Notes: a model not told the origin generated them from the sequence alone. Shown: positions 29,424 through 38,756, counted from the stretch's first letter. The stretch: 64,000 bases of DNA from an uncultured Gammaproteobacteria bacterium (GCA_964403585.1 CAYOFQ010000001.1:332456-396455); one strand, 5' to 3'. Numbers and translations are program-made.

Positions 29424-30116
29424 CTAGATCTTACATCCCGCGCTCCACATACCGCGCGCCTTCTGCTGAGCATCACGCTGAGCATCTTTTAATTGTTGAG
29501 AGTATTTTACATCAGGCGGATAAGAAGATGCATAGGCAAATCCGTTTCTAACCAGGTAGTCATTTACAAAGACCCCGTCGACATAAACCAGCCGCAATAA
29601 CCTGCCATATCGGTCTGTTTCCGAGACATCCTTCTCAAGCTCAACATATTTGCCTAGCACCAATTCCTTGTTTTTCTCCGATGCCTCTTTCCCAAAGCAT
29701 TCCAGTGCCGTACCGGGCTTTACCGTTTCCGGAGTATCAATGCCAATATACCGGAGCTTCCTGCCATCAGCCAGTTCTACCGTATCACCGTCAACAATAC
29801 GTACAATCTGGGCCTTCTCTCTTGTTGTTGTCCCTAATACGCCACTTGAAGCCGAGGGCAAACTATGTGGGGTGTACGAGCCGGTAGCAGTCGCCTGAGG
29901 CGTTTCCAGAGCCTCAGTCCCGTATTCTATACCGCTGTATTCATCATCCGTTGGCGCTGGGGTGGGAAGACGTAGGGTGGTCGGTGGAGGAGATGGAACA
30001 AGAATCTCACTTCCAAGCTCAATGGTATCGGGAAGTGTATACATAGTAAGCAACCCGAAAAGAATGACCAGCACAACAATGAAAGTTTTTAGCTTAGGAG
30101 AGAAGTGACCGTTCAT
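29424..30116 (-). CDS. Membrane-anchored thermonuclease (staphylococcal nuclease / SNase family)
   Basis: N-terminal TM helix, a Pro-rich linker, then the SNase core AQIVRIVDGDTVELADGRKLRYIGIDTPET…RYGRLL…Y. Start chosen at MNGHFSPKL; the track ORF starts at 30188. Confidence 0.8.
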   Translation of the reverse strand: MNGHFSPKLKTFIVVLVILFGLLTMYTLPDTIELGSEILVPSPPPTTLRLPTPAPTDDEYSGIEYGTEALETPQATATGSYTPHSLPSASSGVLGTTTREKAQIVRIVDGDTVELADGRKLRYIGIDTPETVKPGTALECFGKEASEKNKELVLGKYVELEKDVSETDRYGRLLRLVYVDGVFVNDYLVRNGFAYASSYPPDVKYSQQLKDAQRDAQQKARGMWSAGCKI

Positions 30117-30172
30117 CCCCTCACTATACACGATAATAGTGCCCGGGCAAAGATTAAGATATAATACTCGAT

Positions 30173-30826
30173 ATGGCCAAAATAGCACTTGTACATGGAT
30201 ACGGATCCGGATCGGTGAGTAAAATAATCAAGCGAAAACCTCAGGAGTATGCCGGTTTTTCGGCGTTTAAAGATGACGTTAATAATGGCACAGCTGCAGT
30301 CTTCAAATGGTACATCGAAACAGATTTTCCTAATCTTGAATATTTTTATCATGTTCCCAAACAGCTTCAAGTTTATCGTACCGAACAACAACTTGCCATC
30401 AGTCCTGAAATTCGCAATCGCTTTACAACCTTTCTGGGAACAGAAAAACCACAGATCGTGGTAGCTTTTTCCTTGGGAAGCATACTAAGCTTCTCTTACT
30501 TTGACCTCTATGGAGTACCAGATTATATTCACACGCTGGTTACGGTGCAGGCAGCACTGCCAAATAATTTTCAATTTTCCCATTCGCAGGTAAACCAACG
30601 ACTGGAAGAAAAAAGCCTGCGCTGGATAAATTATTATTGCCCCTGGGACATGCTCTTACCGTTCGTGATGGTTGTAGATAAAGCTATTCCTTCGGGATTA
30701 GCAGGATCTAAAAATAAATTTGCGCAGAACAAAATGTTTCCACTGCGTGGCAAATGGAATATCCATACCGGTAGCATTAGCGATCCGCTTTTTAGAGCAG
30801 AAGTAAATACATTACTCCGCCCGTGA
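30173..30826 (+). CDS. Hypothetical protein, possibly alpha/beta-hydrolase-like
   Basis: N-terminal IALVHGYGSGS resembles the beta1/oxyanion-loop region of alpha/beta hydrolases. No clear GxSxG nucleophile elbow was found. Weak call. Confidence 0.35.
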   Translation: MAKIALVHGYGSGSVSKIIKRKPQEYAGFSAFKDDVNNGTAAVFKWYIETDFPNLEYFYHVPKQLQVYRTEQQLAISPEIRNRFTTFLGTEKPQIVVAFSLGSILSFSYFDLYGVPDYIHTLVTVQAALPNNFQFSHSQVNQRLEEKSLRWINYYCPWDMLLPFVMVVDKAIPSGLAGSKNKFAQNKMFPLRGKWNIHTGSISDPLFRAEVNTLLRP

Positions 30827-31990
30827 AGTATACGGTAATTTTTCGCCGAAAATTAAATCACTCCAGCCGGTCTTATTAAGTACATATTCGACGTAGTTTG
30901 CTGAAATTGAACGGGTGTCCCGATTAAAATATTTGGTATGCGGCAGGGTATTTATTGAGTCACTGATTCCGGCACGATATCTGCAGGTGGCATAACGCCG
31001 CTGGTTGGAAGCTCTTCTTCGTTCGGTTAATGTATGTTTTGCGCGTGCTACAACTTCCCGCATAACCTCAATCGAATCACCACTAATAATCGCCGGCTCC
31101 TGCATCGCCACACCAATTTGTACTGCAAACAGCGGGATCCGGGGAAGCTTTATCAAGCTTGCTTCATCGGCAGCAAAGAATTCCGGGTCAGAAATGCGGA
31201 TCTGATGCTGGCCCTGCTCCAATTCAAATGGCTGCCAGATAGTATGCGAGATATCACCATTACGATCAATAAAACCTTCGTACATCGGGTAGCCGGCAAC
31301 TGTCGAGTAGCAGGGAACAAAGCGCCGGATCATTTCCTGATGAAAGTTACCCTCAGAAGAAATATGATGGATATCTATTGAATGTGTTTCTTTTTGGTAA
31401 TACTTAAAAAACATCTTTAAGTACGAGGGAAACCACGGCGACTGTGACCACTCATAGCGAACCCGGGTATATTTGCTCGCACTATACCGGTTGTGCCAGG
31501 GAGCTTTACCACGCAAATAAGTTTCATGGCTGAACGGTATCGCGTCTTCTTCGAGTAGTTGCATGGCCGAACCTTCAACCACCCGCCGAAACATCTCTTC
31601 AGTTGGCAGCGCGACACAGATATCCGCATCGTTTTCATAAACATTATGTGTCCCGGTATAGTGTCCGTCATTCCACATAAACGGAATTCCGCTAAAACGG
31701 AAACCGGCTGAACCGTTAATAAAAATCCGTGCCTGAGTAAAATATTCACCTTCAGACGGTGGCAGTACGCGGAGCAATGAACGGGTCATATACGTAAATA
31801 ATCTGTCCTGATCAATAGAGGGAAAGGGGAGCGAATCACAAAACGTTACCCGCAATAACCTGCGCAGAGGATTGTCCTGGTATTCATAAATCCAGCCATG
31901 TCCATCATTTTCGACAAAGTTGGTACGACGATACTGGCCGTTGAAAGTCTTGAGGGCAGTAACTGGTACAAATTCCTCAGATTCAATCAT
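30812..31990 (-). CDS. Hypothetical protein (392 aa) co-transcribed with the upstream atypical regulator. Possible nucleotidyltransferase-fold signature (GSAGF…ENDADICV).
   Basis: Its start overlaps the upstream gene's stop by ATGA. No family recognised. The GS…DxD spacing is longer than canonical pol-beta NTases, so this is only a hint. Confidence 0.45.
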   Translation of the reverse strand: MIESEEFVPVTALKTFNGQYRRTNFVENDGHGWIYEYQDNPLRRLLRVTFCDSLPFPSIDQDRLFTYMTRSLLRVLPPSEGEYFTQARIFINGSAGFRFSGIPFMWNDGHYTGTHNVYENDADICVALPTEEMFRRVVEGSAMQLLEEDAIPFSHETYLRGKAPWHNRYSASKYTRVRYEWSQSPWFPSYLKMFFKYYQKETHSIDIHHISSEGNFHQEMIRRFVPCYSTVAGYPMYEGFIDRNGDISHTIWQPFELEQGQHQIRISDPEFFAADEASLIKLPRIPLFAVQIGVAMQEPAIISGDSIEVMREVVARAKHTLTERRRASNQRRYATCRYRAGISDSINTLPHTKYFNRDTRSISANYVEYVLNKTGWSDLIFGEKLPYTSRAE

Positions 31991-33147
31991 GATAGTCTTA
32001 GTAACTGATAACCAAAGTTTTTAATTGTCAGTAATTTATAATGGCCTGAGTCAAGCTTTTTTCGTAGCCGACTGATTGCCTGATCGAGCGCCCATGGTGA
32101 ATATTTTTCGCTTGTTTCATCCCCCCATAGCGCGTGGGCCACACTTTCGCGCGAAACTGCCGTATCCATGTGCTGTTGCAATAAATATAACAACCGGACA
32201 TCCTGCGCTGTGGGCATTCCTTTTAACTGAATTGAACCTAAAATTGTTGAATGAGGCTCGGTTTGATCGAGAAATCGTGCCGCTGTATCGGTGAACAGCT
32301 GCGCGGAAATTAATGATTTTAACCGGCTTTTCTCTTGCTTAAGCGTTTTAATAACGCGGGATACATACGGTATCGACACAAATTCTTCTGCCATAAATTC
32401 GGAATGAAAGTTCTGTATCGATAAGTAACTTTTAAATAGTCCGGCAATTCCACCCGTCTCCAGGCTAAGTTGTTCAGGGAGAAATCTCTTCGGCAGTGAC
32501 TCTCCCCGCAGTGACAAAAAGCGGGCAATACTATAAGCAGTCTCTGTTTCGTTGAAGGTCGGATAATAGCAAACATTGGTGAACATGCTACTTGAAGCAT
32601 GCCCGGGTGAATACGAGTGTAAAAGTGTTGAATCGCAACTCCAGAGTAGGGTAATCGGGTAATTAGAAGCGGATTTACCCATTTGCACAAACGTCCGATC
32701 AATTTCCTGTAAAAAAGGCAAAAATTTGTAATTAAGCGTAATAATAAAGTACAGCTCATTGGTCCGGGTTATTTGTTGAACTGAATCCAGAATGACTTTC
32801 GAAAGCAAAAAAGAATCACGGGAAACCAGTGCCGCGTTGGCCACTTCGTGTGACTCGCTGTGAATATATTTAATCAATGAATATAGGATTTCACTGAGAA
32901 ACGATTCATAGGTATCATCAACCTTCTCGCTGTCCAGAAATATTAGGCACTTAGAGGCCTGTAACAGGTCCAGTTCCTGCAAAAGTGCTCGTTCGTTACT
33001 GAGAAAACGGAGATTGTTAGTTCTTCCTGAATGGGGGAGAGCGATTAGTGTCCCCGACTGCCTCTTTTTCAGTAAGCTGAAAATCTTGGAAAATCGGCCC
33101 GCCAGGCTTTCCTTAGGAAGCGGGTTGTAGTAGTCTTTTTTTCTCAT
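31987..33147 (-). CDS. Atypical transcriptional regulator: N-terminal ~270-aa domain of unknown type (degenerate P-loop-like PHSGRTNN) plus a C-terminal OmpR/PhoB-type winged-helix DNA-binding domain
   Basis: The C-terminus TAQDVRLLYLLQQHMDTAVSRESVAHALWGDETSEKYSPWALDQAISRLRKKLDSGHYKLLTIKNFGYQL matches the trans_reg_C consensus (LT..E..lL……v.sre.L….W…….vd..i.rLRkKl…….I.t.rg.GY.l). There is no receiver domain and no Asp-phosphorylation motifs. Confidence 0.55.
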   Translation of the reverse strand: MRKKDYYNPLPKESLAGRFSKIFSLLKKRQSGTLIALPHSGRTNNLRFLSNERALLQELDLLQASKCLIFLDSEKVDDTYESFLSEILYSLIKYIHSESHEVANAALVSRDSFLLSKVILDSVQQITRTNELYFIITLNYKFLPFLQEIDRTFVQMGKSASNYPITLLWSCDSTLLHSYSPGHASSSMFTNVCYYPTFNETETAYSIARFLSLRGESLPKRFLPEQLSLETGGIAGLFKSYLSIQNFHSEFMAEEFVSIPYVSRVIKTLKQEKSRLKSLISAQLFTDTAARFLDQTEPHSTILGSIQLKGMPTAQDVRLLYLLQQHMDTAVSRESVAHALWGDETSEKYSPWALDQAISRLRKKLDSGHYKLLTIKNFGYQLLRLS

Positions 33148-33299
33148 GGCGTAACTAATCCCTTTATAAAGCCAAATTATACTAAATATTACGAGAAGGT
33201 CAAATTATGTCAGGTACAGTCAGGTTGACGTTCGCTGCGGCTCAAGCATGACAGTCGCTTTCCCGCTATTATTCCCCGTATCAAAAGCAAAGGAGAGCT

Positions 33300-33638
33300 A
33301 TGGAAAAAATATCACAGCCAAATGAACTACCAAGACCATCAGGTATAACCCGCCATCAGGTACGGGCTCTGGGTCGATGTCTGGCCGCAGTAGATTTAGT
33401 ACTTCTTCTCGCAGGGTGTGGCAATCGCACCGGAAACATCGACTGTTATCAGTTGTCGGCAGACTACAAAGTGCCCATGTCCGACGCGAATCCGACATAT
33501 AACTTCACCAGAAAATGGCGAAAGTGCGTCGATGATGGTGCCCCGGCACCAGTCTGTGACCGGGACAATTGGGACGTCCTCCATGGCTCCACCACGCTTG
33601 TTCCTGAAACGTGTACGGCCGAAAAGGAAGGAGAGTAA
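33300..33638 (+). CDS. Small Cys-rich lipoprotein
   Basis: Signal peptide with lipobox LLLAGC. Four further Cys in the mature part. Located in the locally GC-elevated segment. Divergent from the regulator operon. Confidence 0.45.
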   Translation: MEKISQPNELPRPSGITRHQVRALGRCLAAVDLVLLLAGCGNRTGNIDCYQLSADYKVPMSDANPTYNFTRKWRKCVDDGAPAPVCDRDNWDVLHGSTTLVPETCTAEKEGE

Positions 33639-33640
33639 GT

Positions 33641-35275
33641 ATGCACTTGAATGAATCCTGGAAACCGCTGGAAGATCAGGAAGGTAAGGTTCAGCGCGCG
33701 TATCGCCGCGTCGAACGGCTGACCGGGTTGAATCACGATCAACTCTGCATGCTGGCCATTCACCGGGTAATTACTCCTGCTCTGGTCGCAACCATTGCGC
33801 AGCGGGACTTGGCGCTTGAAAGTAAAGACAGCGCTGCAGCATACGTCACCGAAAAAGTTACCAAAGAAGAACTCCCGTTCACCGTCATCCAGCATATTGT
33901 CCCTGAGGGTAGGTTCCGCAGGCGTGCGTATGATCAAATGGTGGTGTTCAAAAACCCTGAAGTAGATCCTGAAATCCACAAAGCACGCGGAATATATTTA
34001 CTGTTAATGAAATGGCTCGAACAAACCGATCTGGCCAAAAAGCAGGATTTTACTTTCGCCACGAGAGACTATGTTCCGGTAACCAGGTTATGGGGGTGGC
34101 ATCAACTAACCGGCAGGGATTTGGAAATGATTCCCCGAACAATTGCCTTACATCCCCACGCCCGAGAGTACGTTCTACGCGATGTACCCCGGGAACGCTT
34201 AATTGGTCTCCATGCGAATGCGTTACTTCTGTACGATTATCTCGGCTTTGAAGACTGGTTCTCACGAAATTTGTACTCAAAAATAAAATATGATGCAACC
34301 AGCATTGTCGAAAAAGCCTACCATTTTTACTGTATGCAGATGCTTCTCAACGGTGTCGATGTGTCGAATCTCTACCGTGGACAGGTCGAGCCACCGGACG
34401 AAATTAAAGCTGAGACGTACGCATTTGTCAGGCAAATGGTTTCACAACGAACCGGCGACCAGGCTCTGGTTTCGACTTTATTGAATAGCCAGCTCTCATT
34501 TAATTTTATCGATCACAGCCTTCACCCCGGCGATCCGGATATCCAGTTTATAGATACCATGATGGAAAATGAAGGTGTACTCTTTGGTCGTCCACATCCA
34601 ACCCGGGAACGACAGATTGTGGGAAAAAGCAATCTCCCGGAAATACCCAATTTGTACGTACAAGGAGGGATTGATGTTATCTCATGTAGCCTGCGCGACG
34701 AAGACATACTGGAAGCGTTTATTCACCAACTGTACCGTGAAGATCAAACAAAAATTGCCAAAGGAGTGGTTTTACTTTCCGACGGGCGACCCACCCAATT
34801 CCGAACTTCCCATGGACTGAATATTCAGTTACGCAATCATGAATATGAGCGTGATCCCATTGCTGTTATCGAAGACAATAAGGGTAAGGTTTCTATATTC
34901 AGAACCAGAGGAATACGAATAAGCGAAACCAGACGAATTTATGACTGGCATCCAATTGGAACATTGGAAATTGCTGTGGAGCGTGAGGAACAAAGTGAAA
35001 GCAATCAGCTGGGAACAAAGGTAAAAGTAACCTATGTGCCCGAGCCGCGACAAAAAGTGTATATTACGAACGATGCCATGACCGTCCATAAAGGTGGGCA
35101 ATACGGCCAGCAGGAAACAGAAGCATCTATCCTTATTGGGTCTGAAGATGAAGGAAATATCGTTATCTCATCAGGGAGATATTACCCGGTGCATGCTAAC
35201 CCGTACAATGCCCGCAAGCGCAAAAGCCGTCTGGAGCTGTATGATCCGTGGGTTCAGGAAGCAAGTGTACTATAG
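33641..35275 (+). CDS. Hypothetical protein (544 aa), no recognisable family
   Basis: ATG at 33641 preceded by AAGGAAGGAGAG. Sits immediately after the lipoprotein stop and 78 bp upstream of the ABC-type ATPase fusion gene. GC about 50%, against about 44% for the bulk of the window. Confidence 0.5.
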   Translation: MHLNESWKPLEDQEGKVQRAYRRVERLTGLNHDQLCMLAIHRVITPALVATIAQRDLALESKDSAAAYVTEKVTKEELPFTVIQHIVPEGRFRRRAYDQMVVFKNPEVDPEIHKARGIYLLLMKWLEQTDLAKKQDFTFATRDYVPVTRLWGWHQLTGRDLEMIPRTIALHPHAREYVLRDVPRERLIGLHANALLLYDYLGFEDWFSRNLYSKIKYDATSIVEKAYHFYCMQMLLNGVDVSNLYRGQVEPPDEIKAETYAFVRQMVSQRTGDQALVSTLLNSQLSFNFIDHSLHPGDPDIQFIDTMMENEGVLFGRPHPTRERQIVGKSNLPEIPNLYVQGGIDVISCSLRDEDILEAFIHQLYREDQTKIAKGVVLLSDGRPTQFRTSHGLNIQLRNHEYERDPIAVIEDNKGKVSIFRTRGIRISETRRIYDWHPIGTLEIAVEREEQSESNQLGTKVKVTYVPEPRQKVYITNDAMTVHKGGQYGQQETEASILIGSEDEGNIVISSGRYYPVHANPYNARKRKSRLELYDPWVQEASVL

Positions 35276-35353
35276 ATCTCTATAGAAAATAATGGTAAAG
35301 ACTAGAGTCGAAGGATTGACAATAGTGTCCTATAAGAATAGAATTGGCAGATT

Positions 35354-37264
35354 ATGGGTCTACCTGAAGTTAATACTACGTCACTACAAGTTGGTGAAAA
35401 ACAGCCTAAAGAAAGCCTAAAAGTGAGGCCTTTACAAAGGTTAAGACGTCTTGGGGATAATCTCCTCTATAGAGTCGACGAATTGATTGTAGGCGAATAC
35501 CAACCCGCCGCGCGGGTACTTATGGAAGTTGGCGGGGATGAAAAAACAGCTCGTGGCATCGCGCTCAGGAGAATTGTTCAAGCTGGTGCTATTGGCGCAC
35601 AAGTAACAGGCTCTACTTTTGCTACAGCACAACTATTAGCTGGAGGTGAATTGAGTCATATTTATGCATCACTCGGTGTTGGTGCACAGGTCCTTGGCAG
35701 ACTTGTAGACTTGCGGATAACTAACCGTAATGGTGTCGAATGGCAGCATACGTTAGATACGATGGTTATGCGACATTCAGATAAATTCCCAGCAATAACG
35801 GAGTTATTAAAGAGCGAAGGTATAAATAGTGAAGAAATTGGCGCATTTAATCAGTTAAGTGGCAGAATATATAATGCCGAGCTAAACAGTCCGCGTTTGA
35901 AAAATATTCAAACAACGGTAACACCTACTCTTATTGCTGGTATAATTTATCCCCATGCAAACGAAGTTCTTACAGGAATCTTTGCTTCAGCTGCGGTAGC
36001 ATCATATTGGATAAGCAGAACAGCGTACAACTCCATGAGCATCGTAAGAGCTGCCGCTACTCGCGCAGCCCGAAGCGCTAAAGCAAGTGAGTGGTTGAGA
36101 GACTTATTAGAAGACCATTTAAGTGATGTGTTTAAGTTAAATTTAATCTCTCAGACTCCTACAATTGCTACTATTATTGCCTTACTAAGCACATCTAAGG
36201 AATATGCAGCGGGGCTGATATTTGCTACAACTTCCAGCCTTTCTGGGTTGGTAAATACCTTAACCACTAAACGAGCCGCTGTTGAAGCACATCGCGCAAC
36301 AGAAATAATTTCAGGACTCGGTAACGTAATGAAAAGCGAAGCACTCCTCCTAACAGACGATAACTGGAATGCATTTTTGCATGACCATCCTTCAGTCGAG
36401 TATGAAGAGCGAGTAAGCTTTGAAAAAGGCATGATATTACAAAATATAACCTCTCAATTGCCGGATGGAACCGCTACTGATATAAAAGACCTGTCTCTAG
36501 ATATTCGATCAGGAGAAGTTACGGTTATTAAAGCGGCTTCTGGCAAAGGAAAATCCCAATTTTGGTTAGGTCCTCGACATATAACTCGGTTCTTGGGAGA
36601 GTCATATATCGTAGAAAATGGTAAGGTTGTTAATAGTAAATCACTGCCTCACAGAAGTGATATAAAAAATCATTTACAAATATTCAGCATTGGCTTAGTA
36701 AATCCAAAACACGAATTGGTGGATATTTTCAATCCAATCTTCAAAATAATTGATACCACCGATTACGGAATTAAGGAAAAAGATCAAGCTAGATGGAACG
36801 ATATTAAAGACATCGAGGATAGTTTATTACGCGGCGATATTGCTAAGAGAGAAGCAGGGAAAAGAAACTATCTAAATGGAGCGTTCCTCGAAGCCTCAAA
36901 AGTATATCGTGAGAAACGCCTAAATTGGGTTTATGCACTTTTACAGGAAAGTCAGGGAAACTTAAATATTGCAGGAATGCATGGAAACCGAGTATTTGGT
37001 CAAGACTCTCTTTCTGATGGACAACGTCAACGAATAGTCATGCTGCTTGCGCTTCAAATAGTAAAATATATGCCAAATCTCAAAACAATAATCCTAGATG
37101 AACCTTTTGATAAGTTAGATAAAGATTTAAATCTCGAACTTCAATTCGCTATACTAGAACAGATACAAAATACTCCAAACGGTCCGGGTATTGTCGTAAT
37201 ATCCCACCCCTATGCGGAAAGTCTTCAGAACAGGTTTGGTGCTAAGTTAATAGATCTGGATTAA
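35354..37264 (+). CDS. ABC-type ATPase with an unusual ~380-aa N-terminal domain (a few hydrophobic helices, not a canonical 6-TM exporter domain)
   Basis: Walker A IKAASGKGKSQ, ABC signature LSDGQRQRI, Walker B/D-loop TIILDEPFDKLD, H-loop VISHP. N-terminal hydrophobic stretches TLIAGIIYPHANEVLTGIFASAAVASYWI and TIATIIALLSTSKEYAAGLIFATTSSLSGLV. Confidence 0.6.
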   Translation: MGLPEVNTTSLQVGEKQPKESLKVRPLQRLRRLGDNLLYRVDELIVGEYQPAARVLMEVGGDEKTARGIALRRIVQAGAIGAQVTGSTFATAQLLAGGELSHIYASLGVGAQVLGRLVDLRITNRNGVEWQHTLDTMVMRHSDKFPAITELLKSEGINSEEIGAFNQLSGRIYNAELNSPRLKNIQTTVTPTLIAGIIYPHANEVLTGIFASAAVASYWISRTAYNSMSIVRAAATRAARSAKASEWLRDLLEDHLSDVFKLNLISQTPTIATIIALLSTSKEYAAGLIFATTSSLSGLVNTLTTKRAAVEAHRATEIISGLGNVMKSEALLLTDDNWNAFLHDHPSVEYEERVSFEKGMILQNITSQLPDGTATDIKDLSLDIRSGEVTVIKAASGKGKSQFWLGPRHITRFLGESYIVENGKVVNSKSLPHRSDIKNHLQIFSIGLVNPKHELVDIFNPIFKIIDTTDYGIKEKDQARWNDIKDIEDSLLRGDIAKREAGKRNYLNGAFLEASKVYREKRLNWVYALLQESQGNLNIAGMHGNRVFGQDSLSDGQRQRIVMLLALQIVKYMPNLKTIILDEPFDKLDKDLNLELQFAILEQIQNTPNGPGIVVISHPYAESLQNRFGAKLIDLD

Positions 37265-37268
37265 ATGT

Positions 37269-38747
37269 TTAAGTATATTTTTCGCGCACATATCCCAACC
37301 AATACGTAGCATTCAGCTCTTCACCGGTAACTTTCTTCATAAGCTCTTTTGGCTGATAAATTGACCCGTATTGATACATATGCTCAGTAAGCCATGTGAG
37401 GATCTTCTTGCTATTACCTGATCTGAGAGTAGTTTTCCAATCCGGATCAGAGTCAGTATACGCATGCCAAATTTGGGCAGCACCTAGATTGCCCAGAGTA
37501 TAGGTTGGGAAGTAGCCAATTGAGCCGTGTGACCAGTGAATGTCCTGCAGCACGCCCAGCGCATCATTTGGTACTTCGATACCAAGGTATTCTTTATATT
37601 TTGCATTCCATGCTTCCGGTAGTTCAGCAATTGTAATCGAATCTTCCATTAACGCTTTCTCAATCTCAAACCGGATTAAAATATGCAGATTATACGTAAC
37701 TTCATCAGCTTCAACCCGAATGAAACTCGGTTCAACTTTATGAATTCTTAAATAGAAGTCATCAAGTGAAATATCTTTCATTTGGACAGGAAAAGCAGCT
37801 TGTAGTTCGGGATAAAAATTTTCCCAGAACTCATAGCGGCTGCCAATCATACATTCCCAGAATTTTGACTGACTCTCATGAATCCCCAGCGATACTCCTG
37901 TATCTAAGGCCGAACGTGCTATTTTCTCTGATATCCCTTGTTCATACAAACCGTGGCCGCCTTCATGCAAAGCTGAAAAAATAAAGTCAATATAATTCGG
38001 TTTGTAACGATTGGTGACACGCCGGTCATTATGTCCCATCGCTTCGGTAAACGGATGGGGAGATTTATCCTCACGTCCACGGTTAAAGTCATAGCCGATT
38101 TTTTCCAGTACCCGCCGGGAAAAATTCATTTGCTCACGTTCATCAAAGGGAGTATGAAAATCAAAATCGGCATTCCATTTCTCCTTGGCTTTTTGCAAAA
38201 TACCAATCAGCGGTTCTTTTAGTCGCACAAACATTTTCTCAACATCATCACTGGTTAGTCCTTCTTCGTATAAGTCTAAAAGTGCATCATAACGATGTTT
38301 CTCATATCCGAGATACTCTGTCTGTTGTTTCGTCATCTCCACAACTTTAGCTAAAAGCGGCGCAAAAATAGCGAAGTCTGATTTTTGTCGGGCCTCTGCC
38401 CATGCTTGAACAGATTGCGAGGTAAGTTTCGTGAACTCGGCGACAAAAGCTTCCGGCAATTTTGTGGACTGTTCGTATGATCGCTTCATCACCCGTACCA
38501 GTGCGCGGTCTTCGACACTAAGTACAGATTCCTGTTCAGCCTGGTGTAATAGTTCACCGAGTTCCTTGGCAGTTTCTTTCTGATGAATAATTGTCGACAA
38601 GGTCGACAGTTGGTACGCCCGGTCGGGAGCTGCTCCACGAGGCATATGTACTTCCTGATCCCACGCGAGAAGTTGCATAATTGAACGGAGATCAAAAATT
38701 TCAGCAGACAGTTGTTTCAGTTTTTCTATTGTGTTCGTCATATACAT
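37269..38747 (-). CDS. Carboxypeptidase Taq-type metallopeptidase (MEROPS M32)
   Basis: Zinc-binding HEGGHGLYEQG (HExxH), plus DIHWSHG and GYFPTYTLGN motifs conserved in M32. Start at an internal Met; the track ORF starts at 38831. Confidence 0.8.
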   Translation of the reverse strand: MYMTNTIEKLKQLSAEIFDLRSIMQLLAWDQEVHMPRGAAPDRAYQLSTLSTIIHQKETAKELGELLHQAEQESVLSVEDRALVRVMKRSYEQSTKLPEAFVAEFTKLTSQSVQAWAEARQKSDFAIFAPLLAKVVEMTKQQTEYLGYEKHRYDALLDLYEEGLTSDDVEKMFVRLKEPLIGILQKAKEKWNADFDFHTPFDEREQMNFSRRVLEKIGYDFNRGREDKSPHPFTEAMGHNDRRVTNRYKPNYIDFIFSALHEGGHGLYEQGISEKIARSALDTGVSLGIHESQSKFWECMIGSRYEFWENFYPELQAAFPVQMKDISLDDFYLRIHKVEPSFIRVEADEVTYNLHILIRFEIEKALMEDSITIAELPEAWNAKYKEYLGIEVPNDALGVLQDIHWSHGSIGYFPTYTLGNLGAAQIWHAYTDSDPDWKTTLRSGNSKKILTWLTEHMYQYGSIYQPKELMKKVTGEELNATYWLGYVREKYT

Positions 38748-38756
38748 AATTATACC

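Noticed and set aside
32319-32759. 146-aa minus-strand ORF in a different frame inside the 386-aa regulator gene
   Set aside because: Wholly nested in another frame of a longer, better-supported ORF.
33464-33979. 171-aa minus-strand ORF antisense to the lipoprotein and 544-aa genes
   Set aside because: GC-elevated regions generate long antisense frames. There is no RBS and no family resemblance. The sense ORFs have a good RBS and operon spacing.
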